Assembly (NCBI GenBank): GCA_938005705.1
Contig: CALLML010000059.1
Span: 931 to 64,930 of the forward strand
DNA: 64,000 bases
Origin: an uncultured bacterium
GTDB lineage: Bacteria > Verrucomicrobiota > Kiritimatiellia > PWTM01
Direction of reading: 5' to 3'
Both the position numbers and the translations under genes were made by a program. Shown here piece after piece: positions 1 through 8,017 of this stretch (positions are counted from its first letter, which is position 1; the number at the start of each line of letters is the position of its first letter). The notes beneath the pieces are model-generated. The model had not been told where the DNA came from. It ran no database searches and saw only the letters and a list, made by a program, of their open reading frames with translations.

Positions 1-18
1 TTTGCCATCGGAGGGGCC

Positions 19-468
19 ATGGGGGGCCTCGAGGACGCATGGAAAGCACATTTGAAGAGACGGGCTGAAAACGCGCCTGCATCCGTGTATGAGGGCAAGG
101 AGGAGCTTCGCGCTCAGGTCCTAGCCAAGTCCTGGAATTATGTCCAACGCGCTCATCTGCACGGCGGCGGCATCGGCACGGCGGCACTCGCCTCGATTCT
201 GGCGTTGATTGTTCTGGTTCCGAAAGGCCGGTGGGCGGATCTGAGCGGCCTGGCTTTCGGCGTGGGTTCTTTGGTCTATCCGATCTTCTGGCTGCTCGCC
301 GCCGAATGGGCGCCCCGGCTGGGCAGCACCTCGGCGGCCAAAAAGATGCTGGAATGGGTTGCAATCCCCGGTGCCGGGTTGTCCATCATCGGATTATTAG
401 GGACCATGGCCGCGATCATTTTTTCGCTGTTCGTCCGTGCGCCGAAAGATCAAAGCCGTGCTCGATAG
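19..468 (+). CDS. hypothetical multi-pass membrane protein (possibly 5' truncated by window edge)
   Basis: 149-codon ORF with hydrophobic segments ALASILALIVLV, GSLVYPIFWLLAA and LSIIGLLGTMAAIIFSLFV. The frame has no stop between position 1 and 19. No family recognised. Confidence 0.45.
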   Translation: MGGLEDAWKAHLKRRAENAPASVYEGKEELRAQVLAKSWNYVQRAHLHGGGIGTAALASILALIVLVPKGRWADLSGLAFGVGSLVYPIFWLLAAEWAPRLGSTSAAKKMLEWVAIPGAGLSIIGLLGTMAAIIFSLFVRAPKDQSRAR

Positions 469-718
469 TTTTTAGCCACGGCCATGGGCTTATCGGTTCC
501 GGCGTTGCACAGAGGACGGACAAAGAGTTGTGGAGTGTAATCGGCAGGTATGGGCGGGTCATGAGGACATGTATAATGGGGACAGGCAATGGATAGTCGA
601 GCTGGTGGTTCGGCCAACGGTCATGCCCTCCTTCATGAAAGTGCAGTAGCCCTCCCGGTCTGCGCGTCCGGCCCTCCGGGAACCAAAAAGCAAAAAGTGA
701 CAGAGAATGCGGCGGGTT

Positions 719-765
719 TTCCAAGCCTTGGAAGAGGGTGCCTGAAATCTTTCCAAGGCTTGGAA
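719..765. promoter_or_regulatory. pair of 15-bp palindromes TTCCAAG-N-CTTGGAA (719-733 and 751-765), 32 bp start to start
   Basis: Read directly: ttccaagccttggaa and ttccaaggcttggaa. The same pair with the same spacing recurs at 26893-26939. Intergenic, about 280-330 bp upstream of dapA. Confidence 0.4.
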
Positions 766-1047
766 ATGGATTGAGTTACGACACGGAGCTTTAGCCCGTT
801 CGTATGAACCATTTCCTGGTTAATCCCTGTCCCTTATGTCCCTTTAACGGTTTAAAGGGCGGTTTAAAGGGGACGGAGCACCTCCATTCCTAACATCACG
901 ACGCAATACGGGGGGATGACGTCGAACACCGTATGATTTTGGTCTCTTGTCCCTCGCCACCGTAACGGATGAGCCCTTGCATTTCAGCGCGTTTTTGCGA
1001 AGATGGAGCCATATCAGCGCCGGAAAAAATCCGGCAGAAGGAATTGC

Positions 1048-1926
1048 ATGTTTATTGGGGCCTATACGGCGCTTGTGACGCCGTTCACACGAGACGGAAA
1101 GCTAGATTTGCCAAGGTTGCGCGACCTGGTCGAGTTCCAAATCGAGGAGGGGATAGACGGGTTGGTGCCGGTCGGGACTACAGGCGAGTCGCCCACGCTC
1201 GATTATGATGAACATATCCGCGTTGTCGCCGAGACCGTTGCGGCGGCGCGCGGTCGCGTGCCGGTCATCGCCGGCACGGGTGGCAACTCCACTGCGGAGG
1301 CGCTCGAGCTGACGCGCCGGGCGAAAGAGGTCGGCGCTCAGGCCACGCTTCAGGTCACACCCTACTACAACAGGCCGACCCAGACCGGTTTGATAAAGCA
1401 TTTTTCCACGATCGCGGATATCGGTTTGCCGGTCATTCTTTACAATGTGCCAGGACGGACGGCCTGCGAAATCGCCGTCGAAACCGTGGCGACGCTGGCG
1501 CGGCATCCTCGAATTGTCGCGATCAAGGAAGCGAGCGGCAATGTGGATCGCGTAAGCCGCATTCTGGACGGCTGTGCGATCGAGGTGCTTTCGGGCGATG
1601 ATGCGCTGACGCTGCCGATGATGGCGGTAGGAGCGGTCGGCGTGATCAGCGTAGCGTCGAATGTGGTGCCACGGGCTGTGGGGGATATGGTGCGCGCGGC
1701 GCGCTCAGGACGATGGGGCGACGCTCAGACGCTTCATCGCCGTCTGTATCCTTTGTTCCGGGATCTGTTTGTGGAAACCAATCCGCAGCCCGTAAAGGCG
1801 GCGTTGGCCATGATGGGGCGAATCGAGGAATCTTACCGTTTACCTTTGTGCGAGATGGCTCCGGATCATCGTGAGCGTCTGGCGTCAACGCTACGGAGCT
1901 TGGGGTTGGGGAAGATCCACACCTGA
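1048..1926 (+). CDS. dapA: 4-hydroxy-tetrahydrodipicolinate synthase
   Basis: 292 aa. Motifs VPVGTTGESPTL, YNVPGRT and IVAIKEASG (Schiff-base Lys context). Start moved to the ATG at 1048, preceded by gaagga; the ORF-track start at 1003 adds a basic extension. Confidence 0.93.
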   Translation: MFIGAYTALVTPFTRDGKLDLPRLRDLVEFQIEEGIDGLVPVGTTGESPTLDYDEHIRVVAETVAAARGRVPVIAGTGGNSTAEALELTRRAKEVGAQATLQVTPYYNRPTQTGLIKHFSTIADIGLPVILYNVPGRTACEIAVETVATLARHPRIVAIKEASGNVDRVSRILDGCAIEVLSGDDALTLPMMAVGAVGVISVASNVVPRAVGDMVRAARSGRWGDAQTLHRRLYPLFRDLFVETNPQPVKAALAMMGRIEESYRLPLCEMAPDHRERLASTLRSLGLGKIHT

Positions 1927-1978
1927 GGGCCGTTCTCTCTCGGGGCATTCCGTGCCGAACGAACAAAGGAGACCGGCT

Positions 1979-2803
1979 ATGCCGATCAACGTGGTCATCG
2001 TGGGCGCCGCGGGGCGCATGGGGAAGACGCTGATTCAATGTCTGGCGCGGAGAGTGGAGCCTGATCTCCGTCTGGTGGGCGCCGTGGACCTGTGGGATGC
2101 GCCGGAACGCGGGCAAGACGCCGGATGCGCCGCAGGGGTTGCGGACATCAGCGTTCCGATCACCACCGATTTGGCTGCGGTTGCGCCTAACGCCGATGTC
2201 GTCATTGATTTCAGCGGTCCGCACGGCACGGCCGGCAATGCTCCGCGCTGCGCGGTGTGGCGGCGCGCGATGGTGATTGGCACGACCGGCCTCACGCCCG
2301 AAGAGCGCGCGGCCGTGGAGGCCGCCGCGCACGAGATTCCGATCGTGTGGGCTCCCAACATGAGCCTCGGCATCAACGTATTGCTGGAACTGGTGGAGCG
2401 AACGGCGCGTGTGCTGCGGGATCGTGGATATGACATCGAGATCGTCGAGCGTCATCACCGGCGAAAAAAGGACGCTCCGAGCGGAACGGCATTGGCGCTG
2501 GGGCAGGCCGCGGCCGCCGGTTATGGGTGGAACCTGGACGAGACGGCGGCCCACGGACGGGCTGGCGTCACCGGTGAGCGCCCGACGCGTCAGATCGGGT
2601 TTCACGCCGTGCGCGGCGGCGATATATTCGGCGACCACACCGTGATGTTTGCGGGCGAGGGGGAGACCATCGAGATTTCGCACCGCGCAACAAGCCGCGA
2701 GGCGTTCGCGCGAGGGGCTCTGCGTGCCGCACGGTGGATCGTGGGCCGTGCGCCGGGCCTGTATTCGATGCGCGAGGTTCTGGAATTGTCCGGGGAAAAA
2801 TGA
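1979..2803 (+). CDS. dapB: 4-hydroxy-tetrahydrodipicolinate reductase
   Basis: 274 aa. N-terminal VVIVGAAGRMGK dinucleotide fold and signature EIVERHHRRKKDAPSGTA. Start moved to the ATG at 1979 after aaagga. Confidence 0.93.
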   Translation: MPINVVIVGAAGRMGKTLIQCLARRVEPDLRLVGAVDLWDAPERGQDAGCAAGVADISVPITTDLAAVAPNADVVIDFSGPHGTAGNAPRCAVWRRAMVIGTTGLTPEERAAVEAAAHEIPIVWAPNMSLGINVLLELVERTARVLRDRGYDIEIVERHHRRKKDAPSGTALALGQAAAAGYGWNLDETAAHGRAGVTGERPTRQIGFHAVRGGDIFGDHTVMFAGEGETIEISHRATSREAFARGALRAARWIVGRAPGLYSMREVLELSGEK

Positions 2804-4158
2804 ATCTTCACCGGCCCATCTGCCAGATCGTCATGTTTTTCATCATAGCGGAAGTCGCTTGTTGGGGCAAAGCCGAAGACGAGGGGGCCGCCTCCTCACC
2901 CACTCCTGTTGCCCGCGCGATGCTAAGCCACACCCAGCGATTCATCGCTGTTGGTCCACGTCCCGATGAATTGATAGGGGTATTGATCTGGGTCGAGGAA
3001 TTTGCCGATCGCCTCGCGCGGTTTACAGGTCGCGCGCTGCCGGTCGAACACGGGGCGCCGCTGCGCATTGTCCTGCGGGATGACGTGCAACAAACGTCCG
3101 CCACGATCGCTTTCTCACAAGGCGAGGAATCTGGCGGGTGGACGCAACGGGTTCATGTTGTCAATCCGGGCGTTGCGGATCCGCAGGAGGTGCTCGACGC
3201 CCTCGCGTTTCTGCTGCTCTCCCGTCACCCTCAGTCTCGGCAGTCGGCGGTGGAGCGACGGAATCGGCCGGCGGTCGTGCCCGCCTGGTGGTCGGACGGT
3301 ATCGCCCGCCATGTCTTGCCGAAGTTGCGCGCCAAGGCGCGTCGAGATGTGCAAGAGGCTTCGGAGAAAGGCCGATATCTTCCGTTCAATCGCCTGCTGA
3401 TGGCCCGTTCAATGACACCGGGTGATGGCGTGGAAAAGGCCTATGCCGCTGTGGCGGTGGCCTGGCTGCGGGCGCGACGCGATTTCGACGAGATTTTCGC
3501 CGGTCTGACGCAGCGGTGGGCCGCGGGCATCACGGAAGATGCCGCTTGGCTGGGGGACCGTATCGCGCCCGGCTCGCCGTGGCGTGAGGTGGAAATCGAA
3601 TGGGAATTATGGCTCGCCTCGCTTCGCGGCCGCCAGGGCGAGTTTGTTCCAGCCACCGTCGCCGATGTGAACTCGCTTCGCGAGGCCCTGACCCTCCGAC
3701 GGGGGAATGCGCCTGAAAAATGGCCCCCAACGCTTCCTGATCCCATGCCGCTCGAATATCTCATTGAGCATCGAAACGAGGCATGGGTGGCGGAGGCCTG
3801 TCGTCGCCTCGCCGGTACCGCCGATCGTCTGCGATACGGACGCGATGCGGACATGCGAGATGTGATTGATCGTTTTCTGCTTTTTTTGAGGGCCGTTGAA
3901 CGGGCCGGCGCGCATTCGTCCTTGCCGGGAGGACGATGGTGGGAGCGGAGGCGTCTGGAACGTCTGCTGGCCGAAGCGCGCGGCGCTCTGGCGCGGCTCG
4001 AATTAAAGGTTTCGTTGCAAGAAAAGGAACCCCCTTCCGTTTTGAACAATCGGCCGTCACCGTTCGCTTCTCAAGAAGGACTTGAACGACGTGCCTGGTT
4101 GGAGATACAGCACGATGCGGAGCAAACGGCGTCGCCTCTGAGGACTGGAATCCGATAG
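2800..4158 (+). CDS. hypothetical secreted/membrane-anchored protein
   Basis: 452 aa. ATGA start/stop overlap with dapB at 2800-2803. Hydrophobic N-terminus ICQIVMFFIIAEVACWG. No family recognised. Confidence 0.7.
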   Translation: MNLHRPICQIVMFFIIAEVACWGKAEDEGAASSPTPVARAMLSHTQRFIAVGPRPDELIGVLIWVEEFADRLARFTGRALPVEHGAPLRIVLRDDVQQTSATIAFSQGEESGGWTQRVHVVNPGVADPQEVLDALAFLLLSRHPQSRQSAVERRNRPAVVPAWWSDGIARHVLPKLRAKARRDVQEASEKGRYLPFNRLLMARSMTPGDGVEKAYAAVAVAWLRARRDFDEIFAGLTQRWAAGITEDAAWLGDRIAPGSPWREVEIEWELWLASLRGRQGEFVPATVADVNSLREALTLRRGNAPEKWPPTLPDPMPLEYLIEHRNEAWVAEACRRLAGTADRLRYGRDADMRDVIDRFLLFLRAVERAGAHSSLPGGRWWERRRLERLLAEARGALARLELKVSLQEKEPPSVLNNRPSPFASQEGLERRAWLEIQHDAEQTASPLRTGIR

Positions 4159-4176
4159 ATAACCTGAACGGGGCCC

Positions 4177-4740
4177 ATGACATTACCTATTCGAGGAGCG
4201 GAGGCGGTGAACGCACGGGATTCGGCGCTTGACGCCTTTGTCCGCGCGTACTGGCGCGAGTTGCATGGGTATCTTTCTGTGATCATTCGAGACGTTGTCA
4301 TGGCGGAAGACCTGGCTCAAGAAGTGTTCCTGCTGGCTTATCGGAAAGGCGTGCGGCCGGGCGCGGGCGCGCGGTCGTGGTTTTTGAAAACCGCGCGCTA
4401 TCTGGCCCTGAACGAACGCCGTCGTCACAGCCCCTTCGCGTTGGATCCGGCGGATATTGAGAAGCTTTGTGACGCTGCGCCGCCGGAGGCGGACGCGAGC
4501 GGCGAGGACAGTTTTGAGGAGGCCCTCACAGCGTTGCGAGCGTGCCTCGCTGAGCTGAAGGAGCGCGACCGAAGACTCATCGCCGCCCGTTACGAGCGCC
4601 GGGTCCCTCTGGAGCAGATTTCTGTAGAAGAGTCTCAATCGTTGGGTTATCTGAAACAACGGCTGTTTCGTTTGCGGCTTCGTCTCCGCGCATGCGTGCG
4701 GCGTCGTCTGAGACACGATCGGACGGAGGAGCGCCTGTGA
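4177..4740 (+). CDS. RNA polymerase sigma-70 factor, ECF subfamily
   Basis: 187 aa. Region-2-like DLAQEVFLLAY...WFLKTARYLALNERRR and region-4-like helix-turn-helix PLEQISVEESQSLGYLKQRLFRLR. Confidence 0.85.
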   Translation: MTLPIRGAEAVNARDSALDAFVRAYWRELHGYLSVIIRDVVMAEDLAQEVFLLAYRKGVRPGAGARSWFLKTARYLALNERRRHSPFALDPADIEKLCDAAPPEADASGEDSFEEALTALRACLAELKERDRRLIAARYERRVPLEQISVEESQSLGYLKQRLFRLRLRLRACVRRRLRHDRTEERL

Positions 4741-5951
4741 ACGTTCCTTCTGCAAAACTCCTGCTGTCATTTTTGGACGGCGATTTGCCGTCGGCGCAAC
4801 GGGAGCAGATCGCAGAACTCATTCGACGGGACCCCCAATGGGCGCGCGCTTTTGAAGAGACGTTACGTTTTGAAGCGCTGCTGGAGGCCGCTCATCGTTC
4901 GCCGTCCGACGAGCATCGGGTGCGGGACCGACTCCAACTGCGCATTCCCGCACACCGGCCGCACGGGCGGATTGCATTGCTAGCGGCGGCGGGGCTTATC
5001 GCGGCGGTGCTCGGCGCAGCGGCACTGCTGGTGCGCTCGCGGAATGTCATCGGCGAGGTAGTGACCGGGCGCGTCTATGTGTCGGACGCGCCGGTCCGGC
5101 GGGTCGCTGTGGGCCGTTTGCTGCGCACCGGCCTTGAAACGGCAAAACTTCGTTTGCGCGATTTTTCGGAAATCGAACTGGGGCCGGAAAGCGCGCTGGT
5201 CGTTCGCTCGTTGGGGCGAGCGGCGCGCGAGGTGGAACTGCTCGCCGGACGCGCGGATTTCAATGTTGAACGCGGCGAACGTCGATTCGTTGTTCTGACG
5301 GCGGTAGGTCGTGTAACGGCCTTCGGCACGTGGTTTGCGATTGAGCTGCGCCAGGTCAAAACCTCATCTGAGGCGCCACCGGAAAACCGGGGAATTGCAA
5401 TGGTTGTTACCGTCTACGTGGGAAGCGTTCAAGTGGAGGCTTGCGGCGAGACGCGCATGCTTTCGGCGGGGGCGAAGCATGTGTTTGGAGAAACGGTTTC
5501 TCCGAGTGCGCCTCCGGCTCGGCCATCTCCGCCCGGCCCCGCCAACAGGCCGCCAATGAATTCTTCCGCTCGTGAATCGGATGGCCCGGCTTACCGTCTT
5601 TCTCCCCGCAATGTCGTTGACGAACAGGAGGGGATAACCGTTAGGCAATTGAACGGTATCGTGGTTGCCCGAGGAGAAAGCTTTTTCACCCTCCAGGAGG
5701 AGGGCCATACCCCCGCGCTCACCGTTCAACGCATTGGGTTGACGCAGAATACCGTCATTTGGGTCATGCGAGAAACCGCCCCCAAAATTCCTCTGCCTTC
5801 GAATAATTTAGGACCCTTGTTATCATGGGCGCCAGGCCATGCGAGCGACTTACGACCGGGTTGTCGGATCCTCGCGCTCGTGCGCAACAATGAGGCCGTC
5901 CAAATCCGCGTCTTCGGAAAACGCGATAGTGACGATGATAACGTGTTTTGA
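4737..5951 (+). CDS. anti-sigma factor, FecR-domain membrane protein
   Basis: GTGA start/stop overlap with the sigma gene at 4737-4740. N-terminal anti-sigma helix region, a single TM (IALLAAAGLIAAVLGAAALLV), FecR-like segment (LRLRDFSEIELGPESALVV...FVVLTAVGRVTAFGTWFAI), a Pro-rich linker and an unassigned C-terminal domain. Confidence 0.8.
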   Translation: MNVPSAKLLLSFLDGDLPSAQREQIAELIRRDPQWARAFEETLRFEALLEAAHRSPSDEHRVRDRLQLRIPAHRPHGRIALLAAAGLIAAVLGAAALLVRSRNVIGEVVTGRVYVSDAPVRRVAVGRLLRTGLETAKLRLRDFSEIELGPESALVVRSLGRAAREVELLAGRADFNVERGERRFVVLTAVGRVTAFGTWFAIELRQVKTSSEAPPENRGIAMVVTVYVGSVQVEACGETRMLSAGAKHVFGETVSPSAPPARPSPPGPANRPPMNSSARESDGPAYRLSPRNVVDEQEGITVRQLNGIVVARGESFFTLQEEGHTPALTVQRIGLTQNTVIWVMRETAPKIPLPSNNLGPLLSWAPGHASDLRPGCRILALVRNNEAVQIRVFGKRDSDDDNVF

Positions 5952-6067
5952 ATAGGGACATAAAATTCCAGAATGTCGGCCGAGATCTGCGCGATAAGGC
6001 AGATTCTTGTTGTCGGCGGGTTGCAAAGCAGGCAGGTTAACGGACTCATCAGAGGGGAGAGACGCCA

Positions 6068-7096
6068 ATGACGGATCGGGGTACGGTTATGAATGCGCCT
6101 GCGACGGCGGAAGCCGACGTGGCGGCCATTGAACGGTTGCATGAGGCACACGGGAGACTCAAACAGGAGCTAGCGCGCGTAATTATTGGGCAGGAGCGCG
6201 TCATTGACCGGTTGCTGATCTGTCTGTTCGCGCGGGGGCACGCCCTGCTGATGGGCGTGCCGGGCCTTGCCAAGACCCTGCTTATTCACACGCTGAGCGA
6301 ACTGCTTTCCTTGAAATTCAGCCGCATCCAGTTCACGCCCGACCTGATGCCGTCTGACATCACGGGCACCGACATTCTGCAGGATAGCGACACGCCCGGG
6401 CGCCGCACCTTCGAATTTGTTAAGGGACCGATTTTCGCGAATATCGTGCTGGCCGACGAAATCAACCGCACGCCGCCGAAGACGCAGGCCGCGCTGCTGC
6501 AGGCGATGCAGGAATACTGTGTCAATGCCGGTTCGCACCATTTTCCGCTCGAACTGCCGTTTTTCGTTCTCGCCACGCAGAACCCGATTGAGCAGGAGGG
6601 CACTTATCCGTTGCCGGAGGCCCAGCTCGACCGGTTCATGTTTCTGATTCATGTGGACTATCCCACCGCTGAAGAGGAGCTTCGCATCGCCCGCGAGACG
6701 ACCGGCGGCACACAGGTCCGACTTTCGCCCGTATTGAGCGGGCCGGAGATTCTCGCACTGCAGCAGGTCGTGCGCCGCGTGCCGGTGCCGGACCATGTCT
6801 ATGAAATGGCCGTCCGCATTGTGCGGGCCTCCCGACCTTCCGATCCCACAGCGCCGGACTGGGTGAAATCATGGGTGCAATGGGGCGCGGGGCCGCGTGC
6901 GGTTCAGTATCTCGTGCTTGGCGCGAAGGCGCACGCCGTGCTGCGTGGGAGCTATCTGGCGCAGGTGGAGGATGTCGAGGCAGTGGCGGAGCCCGTGTTG
7001 ACGCACCGGATTCTGACGAATTTCCATGCCGAATCCGAAGGTGTCAACAGCCGGCGCGTGATCGCCGATCTCATGGAACACTTCCGGGAGCATTGA
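6068..7096 (+). CDS. MoxR-family AAA+ ATPase
   Basis: 342 aa. Walker A GVPGLAKT, Walker B VLADEINR, typical MoxR length. RBS ggggaga lies before the ATG. Confidence 0.92.
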   Translation: MTDRGTVMNAPATAEADVAAIERLHEAHGRLKQELARVIIGQERVIDRLLICLFARGHALLMGVPGLAKTLLIHTLSELLSLKFSRIQFTPDLMPSDITGTDILQDSDTPGRRTFEFVKGPIFANIVLADEINRTPPKTQAALLQAMQEYCVNAGSHHFPLELPFFVLATQNPIEQEGTYPLPEAQLDRFMFLIHVDYPTAEEELRIARETTGGTQVRLSPVLSGPEILALQQVVRRVPVPDHVYEMAVRIVRASRPSDPTAPDWVKSWVQWGAGPRAVQYLVLGAKAHAVLRGSYLAQVEDVEAVAEPVLTHRILTNFHAESEGVNSRRVIADLMEHFREH

Positions 7097-7099
7097 TCC

Positions 7100-8017
7100 G
7101 TGCCGGGAAAAGACCATCGGGATTTGCTCGACGCGCGTGTGCTGGGGCGGTTGTCGCGGCTGAGCGTGCTGTCCCGCTTTCCGATGCTTGGCTCGGTCAC
7201 CGGCGTGCATCGCAGCGCCACCCGCGGGTCGAGTGTCGAATTCGCCGAATACCGCAAATACGTCCCCGGCGACGATATCCGCCACCTCGACTGGCGCGTG
7301 CTTGCGCGGACGGACCGTTACTACATGAAGGAGTTTGAGGCTGACACGAATCTCCGCTGCATGATCGTCCTCGACGCCAGCGGCTCGATGGCCTATGCCG
7401 GTCCCGCCGGCTCCAAGTTCGATTTCGCGCGCCGATTGGCCGCCACGCTGGCCTATCTGTTGATTCAGCAGGGGGACGCCGTTGGCCTGACGCTCACGCG
7501 CGCCGGCGGCGAGCTGGAAATCCCGGCACGCCGATCGCCGATTCATCTCAATGCCCTTCTGGATGCGCTGACCGAGGCCGAACCGTCCGGCGGAGTGAAT
7601 TTCACCGAAACCTTGCACCGCACCGCCGAACGGGTTCGCGCCCGCGCGATGGTCGTGGTTTTATCCGATTTTTTCGAAGCGCCGGAAGATTTATTGCCGT
7701 CTTTTCAGCATATGCGGTTTCGCCGTCACGACCTGGCGTTGTTCCATGTGCTCGATCAGGATGAAATTCGTTTCCCGTTCGACCGGCCGATCCGCTTCCT
7801 CGATCTGGAGGGCATGGATCAACTCGTGACCGACCCGGCCGTCATCGCGGAGGCGTATCGACGCGAGGTCGCTGCCTACCTGGAGACCCTCAAACGCGGT
7901 GCGCGCGAGTTCGCTGCCGACTATCGCATCGCGCCGGTGGAAGAGGGCTATGAAAAAGCGCTGGCTTCGTTTCTGCTCCAGCGGCAGCGAGCCGGCGCCG
8001 GAGGGAGCGGTCCATGA
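7100..8017 (+). CDS. DUF58 domain protein (MoxR partner)
   Basis: 305 aa. Hallmark EFAEYRKYVPGDDIRHLDWRVLARTDRYYMKEF. GTG start 3 nt after the MoxR stop. Confidence 0.88.
   Translation: MPGKDHRDLLDARVLGRLSRLSVLSRFPMLGSVTGVHRSATRGSSVEFAEYRKYVPGDDIRHLDWRVLARTDRYYMKEFEADTNLRCMIVLDASGSMAYAGPAGSKFDFARRLAATLAYLLIQQGDAVGLTLTRAGGELEIPARRSPIHLNALLDALTEAEPSGGVNFTETLHRTAERVRARAMVVVLSDFFEAPEDLLPSFQHMRFRRHDLALFHVLDQDEIRFPFDRPIRFLDLEGMDQLVTDPAVIAEAYRREVAAYLETLKRGAREFAADYRIAPVEEGYEKALASFLLQRQRAGAGGSGP

Noticed and set aside
559-756. Small minus-strand ORFs (416-724 and 559-756) as possible toxin/antitoxin genes
   Set aside because: They show no resemblance to known TA families. They overlap each other and the palindrome pair, and have no convincing RBS.
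780-1047. Lysine (L-box) riboswitch upstream of dapA
   Set aside because: I could not find the conserved L-box core helices or motifs. Only short local stems are present. It is kept as a low-interest unexplained leader.
1646-2683. Long antisense or overlapping ORFs (for example 1646-2683, 41577-43046, 44925-45992, 49008-50177, 52062-53252 and 53087-54229)
   Set aside because: They lie opposite or out of frame to genes with unmistakable conserved motifs (dapB, uvrA, leuC, leuD, the peptidase). They are Arg/Pro/Ala/Gly-rich, as expected for shadow frames in GC-rich DNA. No family motif is recognisable.
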